Assembly (NCBI GenBank): GCA_016215455.1
Contig: JACRJP010000002.1
Span: 2,809 to 66,808 of the forward strand
Length of the DNA stretch: 64,000 nt
Source: Candidatus Tayloriibacteriota bacterium
GTDB lineage: Bacteria > Patescibacteriota > Minisyncoccia > Phycocordibacterales > PALSA-1337
Direction of reading: 5' to 3'
Shown: piece after piece, positions 1-11,407 of the stretch
Position numbering within the stretch: the stretch's first letter is position 1
How the letters are laid out: each line of letters starts with the position of its first letter
Made by a program: the position numbers and the translations under genes
The notes under the pieces: generated by a model
The model's database searches: none
The model's input: only the letters and a program-made list of their open reading frames with translations
What the model was told of the DNA's origin: nothing

Positions 1-516
1 TTTTGCATTAGGATCTCGTGGAGCTGAGTATAAAGCAAGAGACAAACTTGATTTTGATGTTGTGATTTCAGCAGACTTTGCTAGTAATCCCGACATGAGA
101 TTATCTTCTCCATACGGAGCGTGTGCAAACGGTCCTATCTTTTTAACATATGCGTACGCTGTACCACCAAGAATTCCTAGAATGACGATAATAAGTACGA
201 GCGTTGCTACCTTTCTCGTACCATGACCTTGTGGTGTTACAGAGGGAGCTATAGGTGCAGTCCCCCCAGTATTTCCCGCAAAAGAAGTGATCGGAAAACC
301 CCTAGGAGATACTGGATTGGCCACCGGATCAGTCATTGGTTGTGGTGAAGGAATCATGCCTGGAGTTGATGGGTTTGCTGCAAATGAAGCAAAGGCTGCG
401 TTAATGTCTGCAGTAGTCCATCCAGCAGCTACAGCATCTTGTCGAATCTTTTCATCGGGAATTCCTGCCTTACGCGCTTGCGCAAATGCATTATCGAGAT
501 CAGGATGAATAGACAT
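1..516 (-). CDS. hypothetical membrane-anchored protein; 5' partial at the window edge (start ATG at 516, ORF runs off the window start)
   Basis: Open minus-strand frame from the ATG at 514-516 to position 1. My translation begins MSIHPDLDNAFAQARKAGIPDEKIRQ... and includes a hydrophobic helix (VATLVLIIVILGILGG). The ORF track omits it because it is truncated by the window edge. Confidence 0.4.
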   Translation of the reverse strand, partial: MSIHPDLDNAFAQARKAGIPDEKIRQDAVAAGWTTADINAAFASFAANPSTPGMIPSPQPMTDPVANPVSPRGFPITSFAGNTGGTAPIAPSVTPQGHGTRKVATLVLIIVILGILGGTAYAYVKKIGPFAHAPYGEDNLMSGLLAKSAEITTSKSSLSLALYSAPRDPNAK

Positions 517-618
517 AATATAAAGTACGTAAAATAATAATTAAACAAATTATATCTTGCGTCTATACATACCACAATGAACATTGTCCCCACCGACACA
601 ATAATAAACCTCCTAATG

Positions 619-692
619 CGCAGCTGACGGGGCTCGAACCCGCAACCTCTCCCGTGACAGGGGAGTGCTCTAACCAATTGAGCTACAGCTGC
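619..692 (-). tRNA. tRNA-Asp (anticodon GTC)
   Basis: 74-nt cloverleaf on the minus strand. Acceptor GCAGCTG/CAGCTGC, D-arm GCTC..GAGC, anticodon stem CTCCC/GGGAG with loop CTGTCAC, T-arm GCGGG TTCGAGC CCCGT, discriminator G. CCA is not encoded. Confidence 0.85.
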
Positions 693-783
693 ATGTGGCA
701 AAAATATAGCAAATTTGGCTAGTATAAGCAAACAAGATAACACTCTTCCCTTTCTAATAAAAATTAGTGAACTCCGCCTGAGG

Positions 784-1293
784 TCACCATTTCCAGGGAA
801 AAAATCGTGCAGAAAGCCCGACCGTAAATCCCTTTTCTTCAAACGAGGTGTGAAATCCACCTGGATACCGCGACTGAACGGAGAAAGAAATCTCAAGCCT
901 TTCCAATCGTTCAACCGGAATCTCCCCGACAAGCTCGTAAGTGTCGAGGCCATATCCACCGGACGCACTGCTCATGAAATACCGTTCGGTATTGAAGAGT
1001 GGTCCTTTGTAGCGCCACAGATCTCCCTCACGGAAACGAGGAGATTGCGAAGAAGAAAATTCTCCTCCTGAAGGCATGAATCGATCAACCCAAAAATCTT
1101 CGGTCGCCGGACACGACTTCGGGCACACAATGTGGCAACAAACTTGTTCGGAAATCCGATTCAAGGGAGTTGCTGGTAGGGTCGGTAACCCAAGAGCAGG
1201 ATCGTCCACATCGTGGTCATCTGCAGCTGCAGGAACACACGAAAGCGGAATGGCAGTAATGGCGAGGAGCAGGAGAGATCGGATGTAACACAT
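784..1293 (-). CDS. hypothetical secreted protein with N-terminal signal peptide; GC-rich islet
   Basis: 169-aa ORF with a hydrophobic N-terminus (MCYIRSLLLLAITAIPLSCVPAAA) and a Cys cluster (CCHIVCPKSCP). Local GC is visibly higher than the flanks. It abuts tRNA-Asp. Confidence 0.45.
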   Translation of the reverse strand: MCYIRSLLLLAITAIPLSCVPAAADDHDVDDPALGLPTLPATPLNRISEQVCCHIVCPKSCPATEDFWVDRFMPSGGEFSSSQSPRFREGDLWRYKGPLFNTERYFMSSASGGYGLDTYELVGEIPVERLERLEISFSVQSRYPGGFHTSFEEKGFTVGLSARFFPWKW

Positions 1294-1375
1294 AACAGAG
1301 TGAGTGGAGAGTGCTGCCGACAGAAAACTTCTGGCACAATTATACCCTTGCCATTTTTCTCACGCCACAGTCATG

Positions 1376-2668
1376 TTATGGATTCAAACGCTTTACATCT
1401 CGAGGTAAGTATGTTGCTTCGCGAACATTCGGAAGGTCAAGAATCTTCATAATAAGGCGTCCTGGCCCCATTCCAGCGCCACCGTGCGGAGGACAACCAA
1501 ATCTAAAGAAATTCAAATAATCTTTGAGAGCCTCGAGGTCCATACCTTTATCCACAGCCTGCTTTTCAAGAATTTCGATACGATGCTCACGCTGAGCGAG
1601 TGTAGTAACCTCAATTCCTCGGTACAAAAGATCGGCTCGGCGTGATCGATCTGAACCTTCAGTCAATCGCATATGATAGAACGCGCTCTTTGATTTATGG
1701 TATTCAGTGATGAATACAAAATCGTGATTCTTTGTCTTCTTTACATAGTCACATATCGCTCGTTCTTCTTCTGGAGAAAGATCATGTTCCTCACCAGAAG
1801 CTACACCCTCTTTAGCAAGAATTTCTTTTGCTTCAAGCATAGTGATACGAGGAAATGGTCGTGATGGTACTTCAATATTAAGTTCTGGAAAATCATTTTT
1901 AAGTTGCTCAAAAGCACTCACCAAAGCACCCTCCTCAGAATCCATGACATCCGCATGACTTTCGATATTTGAAATTTCAAAGTCAAAACCAGTAAATTCA
2001 GTAAGGTGTCGTGTTGTGAAAGAAAGTTCGGCACGAAATACAGGTCCAACCATAAACACCTTATCGAAACCTGACGCCATCGCCATTTGTTTATAAAACT
2101 GAGGTGACTGAGCAAGATATGCCTTACGATCAAAGTAATTAACCTCGAAAACCTCAGCCCCCGTTTCACTCGGTGTACTCATGAAAGACGGTGTATAGAT
2201 CTGAATATAGTCATTCTTGGCCCAATAAGCACGAAGACCTCTTTCGAATGATGTCCAGACCTTAAATATCTTTGTCTTTTCTGGCTTACGGAGATCAATC
2301 CAACGATAGTCAAAACGAGTTGTTGCTTCAGTCTCCTCCCCACCCTTAATCGTCACAACAGGAATTGGAAGTTCGGGAGCGGCGGCACCAAGTACTTCAA
2401 ATCCCGACACTTGAATTTCAACACCATTTGGAGCCTGTTTTGCAGTGACAAGTTTACCTCGCACAGAAATATATGACTCAAGAGTTAATTTTTTGAGTTC
2501 AGTAATAAGGGCTTCACCGAGAAACACACACTGTAAAATCCCTGAAACATTTCGAAGTGTAACAAATCCAATCTTTCCCTGATTACGGAGAAGATGAATA
2601 AAGCCGGCAACCTCTACTTCTTGATCAAGATGAGCTGGAAGTTCACTAATTTTTAATTGATGTTTCAT
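1376..2668 (-). CDS. aspS: aspartyl-tRNA synthetase, class II, archaeal/eukaryotic-type (short, no GAD insertion); likely non-discriminating
   Basis: 430 aa. Has the flipping-loop motif LAQSPQFYKQ, motif 2 (FRAE) and motif 3 (GGAGMGPGRL). The short length fits type-2 AspRS. gatC and gatA lie just upstream on the same strand. Confidence 0.85.
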   Translation of the reverse strand: MKHQLKISELPAHLDQEVEVAGFIHLLRNQGKIGFVTLRNVSGILQCVFLGEALITELKKLTLESYISVRGKLVTAKQAPNGVEIQVSGFEVLGAAAPELPIPVVTIKGGEETEATTRFDYRWIDLRKPEKTKIFKVWTSFERGLRAYWAKNDYIQIYTPSFMSTPSETGAEVFEVNYFDRKAYLAQSPQFYKQMAMASGFDKVFMVGPVFRAELSFTTRHLTEFTGFDFEISNIESHADVMDSEEGALVSAFEQLKNDFPELNIEVPSRPFPRITMLEAKEILAKEGVASGEEHDLSPEEERAICDYVKKTKNHDFVFITEYHKSKSAFYHMRLTEGSDRSRRADLLYRGIEVTTLAQREHRIEILEKQAVDKGMDLEALKDYLNFFRFGCPPHGGAGMGPGRLIMKILDLPNVREATYLPRDVKRLNP

Positions 2669-2691
2669 GGGATTGTTTATAATAAGTTTCT

Positions 2692-2749
2692 AATAAAAAC
2701 ACTCGTCCGTACAAAGTCGCTCAGAGAGTAACTTTGTACGGACGAGTGT
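2692..2749 (-). terminator. rho-independent terminator (19-bp perfect stem, 13-nt loop, T-run on the minus strand) between the CAT tRNAs and aspS
   Basis: ACACTCGTCCGTACAAAGT (2699-2717) pairs exactly with ACTTTGTACGGACGAGTGT (2731-2749). On the minus strand the hairpin is followed by TTTTTATTAG. Confidence 0.55.
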
Positions 2750-2893
2750 CATCGTGGTGCCACCGTACTTTATCGGCTCAACAGAATGTTGCCCGACCTC
2801 ATTCTACAAATTGTAAGCTCATCTGCTGTCACGGCAGGATCATTGCTTGTGTAGTAAGCGTAACATACCTCTATCGAAGTTTCAAACAATTTG

Positions 2894-2966
2894 TGTCGGG
2901 GGCGAGGATCGAACTCGCGACCCCAGGCTTATGAGTCCTGTGCTCTACCAACTGAGCTACCCCGAC
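2894..2966 (-). tRNA. tRNA with anticodon CAT (elongator Met or lysidine-type Ile2; cannot distinguish)
   Basis: 73-nt cloverleaf GTCGGGG..CCCCGAC+A. Anticodon loop CTCATAA, T-loop TTCGATC. G1-C72 argues against a bacterial initiator. Confidence 0.8.
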
Positions 2967-3105
2967 ATACCTTCCACCATTTACTGCGTCAGTCTAGCAA
3001 ATTTGTCAAAAATATCAAAATATCATCTCTGGACCAAAGACCAAAACAAAACGGCATTAAGCCGTTTTGTTTATAACTCCTCTATGGTAATCACACAATA
3101 CTTGT

Positions 3106-3175
3106 TGCGGAGGCCGGAGTTGAACCGGCAGTTTTCAGGTTATGAGCCTGACGGGTTACCGTTACCCTACCCCGC
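3106..3175 (-). tRNA. tRNA with anticodon CAT (Met/Ile2 type), short D-loop
   Basis: 70-nt cloverleaf GCGGGG..CCTCCGC+A. Anticodon stem TCAGG/CCTGA with loop CTCATAA. T-arm CCGG TTCAACT CCGG. Confidence 0.75.
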
Positions 3176-3244
3176 TGTGTAACAATAATATTACCACTAT
3201 TTTAAACTTTTGCAAGGCCACCTTTCCCCATACCCACTTTCTTG

Positions 3245-3832
3245 CTAAATATAATAAAACTCAGAAAATACCTGTTTGTAGAGGTTAATAATTCGTCGGG
3301 CTTCGTATTTATTAAGTTCGTAACTAGCACCATCGTGAGCAATGCGATTACGAACGAGGTGTGCTTCCCATGCAGAATCAAGAGTTGCAAAATCAGCCTT
3401 CTCAACACGTTTTAATTTTTCACCAATAGATTCTCCTTTATATCCTTGTTTTGTAAGAATTTCATCGAGAATAATATCAGCTTCGATAACAGCCTGACGC
3501 CAATCATTTTGATTTTCAGTTTCAAGGTGTTCAAGAATTTTTCTCCAACGATCTCCGAGTGCTGGATCAGCTTGTGTCACTACATCATGAGCAACAACTT
3601 CTTTAGGTGTGTCATATATCAATTCCTCTCTCTTTCGAATGCGCTTTAGACGTTCTACTGAGAGTACGATACCGATAATGAGAAGCAGTGAGACAGGTAT
3701 AGCAATGATCGTCAAATACGACATCGATACAATAAATCCATGTGCAACATCATCACGGTGTGCAAAGATAAACTTTACTACACGCTCTATGTAAGGAAGT
3801 ATGTCGAGTGATGGGGGTGATACGACGTCCAT
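3245..3832 (-). CDS. hypothetical membrane-anchored protein
   Basis: 195-aa ORF with one TM helix (YLTIIAIPVSLLLIIGIVL) followed by a charged soluble domain. No motif recognised. Confidence 0.5.
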   Translation of the reverse strand: MDVVSPPSLDILPYIERVVKFIFAHRDDVAHGFIVSMSYLTIIAIPVSLLLIIGIVLSVERLKRIRKREELIYDTPKEVVAHDVVTQADPALGDRWRKILEHLETENQNDWRQAVIEADIILDEILTKQGYKGESIGEKLKRVEKADFATLDSAWEAHLVRNRIAHDGASYELNKYEARRIINLYKQVFSEFYYI

Positions 3833-3850
3833 ATTGTAACTAAAGTAAAC

Positions 3851-5305
3851 TTACTTCTCTCCAAGGAATATCTTACCTGCTTCAAAAAGAGTCTTTTCGT
3901 CACCGTGACGAGCAACCATCTGAATACCAAGTGGTAACTTCTTTCCTTCTATCTCAGAAAAGCCTGAAGGAATCGACATTGCTGGCATACCTATCAAGTT
4001 TGGTGTCACAGTGAAAATATCCTCAAGGTACATGGCTAACGGATTTGATACTTTCTCACCAATCTTAAAGGCTGGGGCCGGAGTCGTCGGTGTGATAATT
4101 ATATCAACTTTCTCAAACGCTGTGTGAAAGTCATTGGTGATAAGTGTACGTGCAGCATTTGCTTTGTTGTAATACGCATCATAATAGCCTGACGATAATA
4201 CATATGTTCCAAGAAGAATTCGACGCCGAGCTTCTGTACCAAAACCAGCAGCGCGAGTTTTGAAATATTCATCTTTGAAATCTTTTCCTTCCTTATTAAA
4301 ACCGTATTTCACCCCATCATATCGAGCAAGATTTGAAGAAACCTCAGCAAAGTTCAAAATATAGTATACCGGCAGACAATTTGAAATATTCGGTAAGGAA
4401 ATATCTTTGACTTCAAATCCAAGCTTCTTAAAATGTTCGATACTCTGATTGAAATTCTCGAGAACATCTCGATCAATACCACTTTCCCCTTCACTACCAG
4501 AATTTGCTTTCAAGAATTCATACGGTACACCAATCACTGGCTTCGTTTTCCCCACTCGTTGCGGAGTATATGTTGTCTCAGAAATAGAAGTACCATCATG
4601 CTCATCTTTACCATGAATAGCTGTGAAGATAATCTCAGCATCAGTCACTGTCTTTGTAATTGGTCCAATTTGATCAAAAGAAGAAACCGCTGCCATGAGA
4701 CCATACCGAGAAACTCCACCATACGTAGGTTTTAATCCTACCAACCCACAGAATGATGCTGGCTGACGAATAGAGCCTCCTGTGTCTGATCCAAGAGCTA
4801 CCAAGGCCATGTCTGCGGCAACAGCAGCAGCTGAACCTCCTGATGTACCACCAGGAACACGAGTTATATCGTGAGGGTTTTTAGTTGCTCCATACGCTGA
4901 GTTTTCAGTAGAACCCCCCATCGCAAACTCATCCATATTCGTACGACCTATAAAGACAGCACCTTCTTTCTTGAGACGTGCAACTGCAGTGGCGTCATAT
5001 GTCGCATGATAGTTTTCCAACATCTTCGATCCCGAACTTGCAATCTTACCCTTCAATAAAATATTGTCTTTCAATGCAAAAGGTATTCCTGTGAGGAGCG
5101 TACTCTTTCCACTCTTAATTATTTCTTGAGCGAGATCTGCTTGCTGTAGAGCATCGGCATATACCTCAAGGTACGCATGAATGTCACCATCACGAGACTG
5201 TATTACATTAAGATATGCTTCAACAAGTTCTCGTACGGTAAAATCACCACGAACAAGTGCTTCGTGAGTATTTTGTATTGTGAGATTTTTAAGATCAATA
5301 GTCAT
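3851..5305 (-). CDS. gatA: Asp/Glu-tRNA amidotransferase subunit A (amidase signature family)
   Basis: 484 aa. Amidase signature GGSSGGSAAAVA with the catalytic Ser-cisSer-Lys context. Typical GatA length. gatC is adjacent. Confidence 0.9.
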   Translation of the reverse strand: MTIDLKNLTIQNTHEALVRGDFTVRELVEAYLNVIQSRDGDIHAYLEVYADALQQADLAQEIIKSGKSTLLTGIPFALKDNILLKGKIASSGSKMLENYHATYDATAVARLKKEGAVFIGRTNMDEFAMGGSTENSAYGATKNPHDITRVPGGTSGGSAAAVAADMALVALGSDTGGSIRQPASFCGLVGLKPTYGGVSRYGLMAAVSSFDQIGPITKTVTDAEIIFTAIHGKDEHDGTSISETTYTPQRVGKTKPVIGVPYEFLKANSGSEGESGIDRDVLENFNQSIEHFKKLGFEVKDISLPNISNCLPVYYILNFAEVSSNLARYDGVKYGFNKEGKDFKDEYFKTRAAGFGTEARRRILLGTYVLSSGYYDAYYNKANAARTLITNDFHTAFEKVDIIITPTTPAPAFKIGEKVSNPLAMYLEDIFTVTPNLIGMPAMSIPSGFSEIEGKKLPLGIQMVARHGDEKTLFEAGKIFLGEK

Positions 5306-5317
5306 ATCAAAGAATAA

Positions 5318-5608
5318 TTATTGAGCAATAATCTTCTGAACCGTAACATAGTCTCCTTCTCGATGTGGTGCCTCTGCCAAAATATCTTGAGTATGGCTAC
5401 TTGGCTCATTAAGAGCAATATCGGTACGAATGATATTTTTGACTGCTCCAAGTACTGGTTGAGTTTCGGTGTTTGATGAGATTTTTTGAATCTGAGCAAC
5501 ATACCCAAGAATTGCATCAATTTCTGGTGCAAGCTTCTGTTTCTCCTCTTCAGTAAGCTCAATACGAGCAAGTTGAGCGAGTTTTTCGATGTCAGATTGA
5601 CTAATCAT
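5318..5608 (-). CDS. gatC: Asp/Glu-tRNA amidotransferase subunit C
   Basis: 96-aa protein beginning MISQSDIEKLAQLARIELTEEEK, the canonical GatC N-terminus. It sits immediately upstream of gatA. Confidence 0.85.
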   Translation of the reverse strand: MISQSDIEKLAQLARIELTEEEKQKLAPEIDAILGYVAQIQKISSNTETQPVLGAVKNIIRTDIALNEPSSHTQDILAEAPHREGDYVTVQKIIAQ

Positions 5609-5629
5609 ATATGGGACGATTGTAGCATA

Positions 5630-7684
<2,055 letters not shown>

Positions 7685-7689
7685 CTAAA

Positions 7690-8304
7690 TTAGAGTTTGA
7701 GACGAATTGCGCGTTCCACCTTCTTTGGACTTGAACCTGTACAACTACCACTACCGGTTGTCACCCAACCCGCACTATATCCTCGCGATTCAACTACTAT
7801 ATTTTCGTAATTAGTATTACTTGTTCCATCCCATGCGTATCCTCGAGTGATAGAAACCTTTGCACATGTTGTTTCAGCTTTTCCTGTGTTTGTAGAAGAA
7901 AGATTTATATCAAAATCATATTTATATGCGGGAGTCACACTAAAAGTACCGTTCGAACTTGTTTGTACATTTCGAGTAAATCCTTTCCCTGTCACGGTAT
8001 ACCCTAAACCTCCGCAAAAGAAATTAGAAGTTTGAACATCAGCTGGTTGTGATGGTGATGGGAGTGTTGGTAGTGCTTGAGATGCTGTAGAGAACGCTCC
8101 AGCTTGATATTGATACACGACACATTCAATTCCTGTATCAGCTGCATAGATTGCAGATTGCGACTCTCGAGCAGCGCTCGCAAGAATACTTTCTTTACGT
8201 GTGATGTTGAGAATAGAGACGGCTACAGAAAGAACGAGAGAAGTCACCAACACCGCAAAAAGAAGTGTATAGCCATTTTTTTGTTGAGGGAAAATATTTT
8301 TCAT
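7690..8304 (-). CDS. type IV pilus minor pilin/pseudopilin (PilX-like), prepilin-type N-terminus
   Basis: N-terminus ...KNGYTLLFAVLVTSLVLSVAV resembles a class III signal with a hydrophobic helix. It is the first gene of the pilus cluster. Confidence 0.6.
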   Translation of the reverse strand: MKNIFPQQKNGYTLLFAVLVTSLVLSVAVSILNITRKESILASAARESQSAIYAADTGIECVVYQYQAGAFSTASQALPTLPSPSQPADVQTSNFFCGGLGYTVTGKGFTRNVQTSSNGTFSVTPAYKYDFDINLSSTNTGKAETTCAKVSITRGYAWDGTSNTNYENIVVESRGYSAGWVTTGSGSCTGSSPKKVERAIRLKL

Positions 8305-8307
8305 ATA

Positions 8308-8838
8308 TTATCGTATGGCATTATATATAGAACCATATAACACTTCTTCTGAAACAACTCCTCCAGGTCCATCCCAATACACTCGTATTTTTACAGAATA
8401 TTCATTGTCGTTAGTCGAAGCTTTTGTAAACTCCATAGTTCGACTAAACATTGTTCGAGTATTTGCTGCCGCACCGTTATGTGTAAACTTCCCTTCAGGA
8501 GTAAGATATAGTCGTGCTGGATCAGAGCTTTCTGCTCCGTTAGCACTCGAAATGCTTGGAGAATCACTTGCTGTATCTATTTTACAAACTGAATTCTTAC
8601 AACCATTTAGTGAAAGAGGAAGCCATACCGCACTGTCCTCTAAATATCCGTTATCTCGAATATTCTTAACCACTTCCAGAGCATCTTGTGCGAGATAGTT
8701 AGCAACAATCTGATCGCGTGCATACAAAGCAGACTTAAGAGATTTACTTGCAATTGTAAGTGGTCCTGCAATAGCGATCATAAGGACGGTGATCGCGACA
8801 AGAGTTTCTACAAGTGTAAATGCTCGTTGGGTATTCAT
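8308..8838 (-). CDS. prepilin-type pseudopilin (GspH/PilV-like)
   Basis: N-terminus RAFTLVETLVAITVLMIAIAGPL carries the prepilin cleavage/methylation motif. Its stop overlaps the start of the upstream gene. Confidence 0.65.
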   Translation of the reverse strand: MNTQRAFTLVETLVAITVLMIAIAGPLTIASKSLKSALYARDQIVANYLAQDALEVVKNIRDNGYLEDSAVWLPLSLNGCKNSVCKIDTASDSPSISSANGAESSDPARLYLTPEGKFTHNGAAANTRTMFSRTMEFTKASTNDNEYSVKIRVYWDGPGGVVSEEVLYGSIYNAIR

Positions 8839-8839
8839 A

Positions 8840-9463
8840 TTAGTTATTCATAAGACGAGGAGATACCGACGTCTGAAGTGAAAATGTTGTCTTTATTTTT
8901 TCTTTCGACCCTGAATATCCTTGAAGATTTATCTTGGCATATGGCTGACCTGGCATTCCCTTCACCGTAGGTATTATTACCGAAAAAGGATTGGTAGTTG
9001 TAATAACAATATCTTTTGCTGTGACATCGTCATATGTAGGAGTACTACCGCAACTAGTCTGTTCAGCTTTTTGAATCTTTCCTACCAAAGGATTTGCGCT
9101 CGTAACAAGCTTGTATACGTAAATCAAATTACATGTACCACCTGATCCATCAGGTGCTGCTACCGATGAACGAAAAGCCATGACACTACCTCCAGAACAA
9201 GCAGTCTTTGTGAAGGCTGTCCAACTTGGATCACTATTTCCACAGTAATAATCAGTTCCTACTCGCATTTCACGAGACATTGATTCAAGAGTGAAATTGA
9301 GATTATTAATAGCAGTTTTAAGAGCTTGGGCTTTTTTATTAGCATCAATGATTTTAATAAAAGCACCGAGCGCAACAACTGATACGAGTGCAAAAATACC
9401 CAATGAAACAATCATCTCAACGAGAGAGAAACCTTTTTTGTAATGATGTATAGAAAGTTTCAT
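8840..9463 (-). CDS. prepilin-type pseudopilin (PilW/GspJ-like)
   Basis: N-terminus KKGFSLVEMIVSLGIFALVSVVALG (G-F-x-x-x-E prepilin motif). Confidence 0.6.
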   Translation of the reverse strand: MKLSIHHYKKGFSLVEMIVSLGIFALVSVVALGAFIKIIDANKKAQALKTAINNLNFTLESMSREMRVGTDYYCGNSDPSWTAFTKTACSGGSVMAFRSSVAAPDGSGGTCNLIYVYKLVTSANPLVGKIQKAEQTSCGSTPTYDDVTAKDIVITTTNPFSVIIPTVKGMPGQPYAKINLQGYSGSKEKIKTTFSLQTSVSPRLMNN

Positions 9464-9466
9464 ATA

Positions 9467-10075
9467 TTAATCTTCAATAGAGATTTGTCCTGTTTTACGA
9501 ACTACAATATTTTTAAGATTACCTTGAGGAGACACCAATACTATTTTAACATACGACAACACCCCACTATTACCTGTGATAATAGCATCGGGATCAGGAC
9601 GTCGAAACGCAATACTCACATTTGGTGTGGTACTTGTACATCCTGAATTGGTACATATTTTCTGAACCACAATTCCTCTCTTGAGAACATACTTTGAAAT
9701 TGCTTCATCTACTGGAGTAGATGTATATATAGAGTTATTTTCAGTTGAATCAACAAAGAAGATAAACTGAGAGTTAGAACCACCTGTTGAACTTAGATAC
9801 ACACCGTATGCACACTGAAAGGTATCCGTACTGTTCACAGAGGAACAACTCGAAGGTGCTTCCTTTACGTTTAATCCGTACGTCTGTGCCTGACGAATTG
9901 TGAGAGCTACATCATATGCAAGATTTGTCACAATAATCCCCTGAGTCGCGTTTCCGTATTTAACAGCAAGAAATGCGGTCACAAAAGCAAAAATAGCAAC
10001 TGTGACCATGAGTTCAATCAAAGTGAACCCTCGAGATACCACAGACTGTGTTTTTTTATTGGAAAAAAAGCGCAT
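9467..10075 (-). CDS. prepilin-type pseudopilin (FimT/GspH-like)
   Basis: Motif SRGFTLIELMVTVAIFAF. I trimmed the start to the internal ATG at 10075 so that the overlap with pilD is only about 19 nt. Confidence 0.6.
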   Translation of the reverse strand: MRFFSNKKTQSVVSRGFTLIELMVTVAIFAFVTAFLAVKYGNATQGIIVTNLAYDVALTIRQAQTYGLNVKEAPSSCSSVNSTDTFQCAYGVYLSSTGGSNSQFIFFVDSTENNSIYTSTPVDEAISKYVLKRGIVVQKICTNSGCTSTTPNVSIAFRRPDPDAIITGNSGVLSYVKIVLVSPQGNLKNIVVRKTGQISIED

Positions 10076-10847
10076 TGAGGAACAAGAAATCAAGATGTCC
10101 AAACCATGCAATATACATGCCGAGAATGAGGTATGGAGCAAACGGAACCTCGACATTCCTAATTGTACGCTTTTTCTTGAGTATCACCAAGTAGATAACA
10201 CTGAAGACTGCCCCGAGCCAGAACGCCATAAAAATCCCTGATACACCGAAGACAAGTCCGGCAAGCCACCCAAGACTTACCACAAGTTTTGCATCACCAA
10301 ATCCAATCCATCGGCCTTTTGAAACAAACCAAAGTCCACCAAATACAGCAAAGAAGATAATACCCGACAAGAAATCAATGAGTTGAGGGAGATGGAGAAG
10401 TGACTCCCCTCCAACGAATAAACCTATGAATGAAACTGCCATGAGAGTAAATGAGAGGCTATCGGGAATAATCTTATGTCGTAGATCGTACACAAAAATA
10501 ACAATAAGAATAGCAGCAGCTATGGCATGAATAACAAAATACAGCATTGCGGGAAGTGTAAAAGGTTCGATACTGTAATACAGCAGTACAAAGAGAACTG
10601 CAGTAGCAGTTTCTACCATTGGATATTGATACGAGATATCACTTCGACAACTCCTACAACGTCCTCGGAGAAAAACAAAACTTACTAACGGTAGTAGTTC
10701 ATACCACTCGAGTTTTTTTGCACAAGAAAAGCATTGTGATCGTCCTCCTATCCCCTTACTACTGTTGTATCTTAAAATAACAACATTCAAAAAACTTCCG
10801 ATGATCAGACCAAATATTGCTACAAATACTCCGATAATGACCAGCAT
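10056..10847 (-). CDS. pilD: prepilin peptidase / N-methyltransferase (A24 family)
   Basis: 263-aa polytopic membrane protein. Has the N-terminal Zn tetracysteine (QCFSCAKK...RGRCRSCRSD) and the conserved catalytic aspartates of peptidase A24. Confidence 0.85.
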   Translation of the reverse strand: MLVIIGVFVAIFGLIIGSFLNVVILRYNSSKGIGGRSQCFSCAKKLEWYELLPLVSFVFLRGRCRSCRSDISYQYPMVETATAVLFVLLYYSIEPFTLPAMLYFVIHAIAAAILIVIFVYDLRHKIIPDSLSFTLMAVSFIGLFVGGESLLHLPQLIDFLSGIIFFAVFGGLWFVSKGRWIGFGDAKLVVSLGWLAGLVFGVSGIFMAFWLGAVFSVIYLVILKKKRTIRNVEVPFAPYLILGMYIAWFGHLDFLFLNALFFQ

Positions 10848-11369
10848 TTATTTTGAGGTAACTGCGTACGTGTTTGCACCAATAGTAATAGTAGTTCCAC
10901 TTATCAAGCCGCCTGTACCATTGGTACCGAACCAACCACTACCTCCAGCTACTCCACCTACGCCCTTATAACTATCAGCCAGAACACCATTTGTATTCTC
11001 AAGTGTTGTAGCGAGAACAAAGTCAGAACCCGCAGCATTTACAATATAGATATATTTTGTCTCAGATGTTCCACTAGGCGGATTTGGAATTTGTGAAATA
11101 AATGTCCCTCGATTTATCCCTGTAGGACACCCTGTGTTTACAAGAACATCAGACCCTACGATAAATAGACTTGTCGGGTACTGTCCACACTTATCAAAAT
11201 AAAGCTGTGCAACAAGCTGAAGCTGGTTGAGATCAGAAATACGTTTTGCATCACGAGACTTTGATTTTGCGGTATTAAGATTAGCAAGAACAACCGCAGA
11301 AATAATGGCAATAATAGCAATGACTACAAGAAGCTCGATAAGTGTGAATGCTTTTTTAGACTGTATCAT
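10848..11369 (-). CDS. type IV pilin (major-pilin-like)
   Basis: Motif KKAFTLIELLVVIAIIAIISAVVLANL, then a variable Gly/Thr-rich C-terminal domain containing a Cys pair. Confidence 0.75.
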   Translation of the reverse strand: MIQSKKAFTLIELLVVIAIIAIISAVVLANLNTAKSKSRDAKRISDLNQLQLVAQLYFDKCGQYPTSLFIVGSDVLVNTGCPTGINRGTFISQIPNPPSGTSETKYIYIVNAAGSDFVLATTLENTNGVLADSYKGVGGVAGGSGWFGTNGTGGLISGTTITIGANTYAVTSK

Positions 11370-11407
11370 AATGATGGGTAATATTATACCTATAGTATAT
11401 CATAGCC

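Noticed and set aside
429-968. 179-aa minus-strand ORF spanning tRNA-Asp
   Set aside because: It overlaps a confident tRNA gene and the intergenic region. The translation is low-complexity. The neighbouring minus-strand frame (1..516) is the more plausible coding frame.
2757-2893. Possible SRP (4.5S) RNA between the tRNA-CAT gene and the terminator hairpin
   Set aside because: I looked for the conserved helix-8 GGAA tetraloop with the AGCAGCC context. I found only a weak GCAGAUGA resemblance, with no GNRA loop or symmetric internal loops. That is not enough to call an SRP RNA.
2734-3182. Plus-strand ORFs 2734..2934, 2847..3182 and 2891..3076
   Set aside because: They run antisense through the two CAT-anticodon tRNA genes and the terminator hairpin and have no protein-like composition. 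They are spurious.
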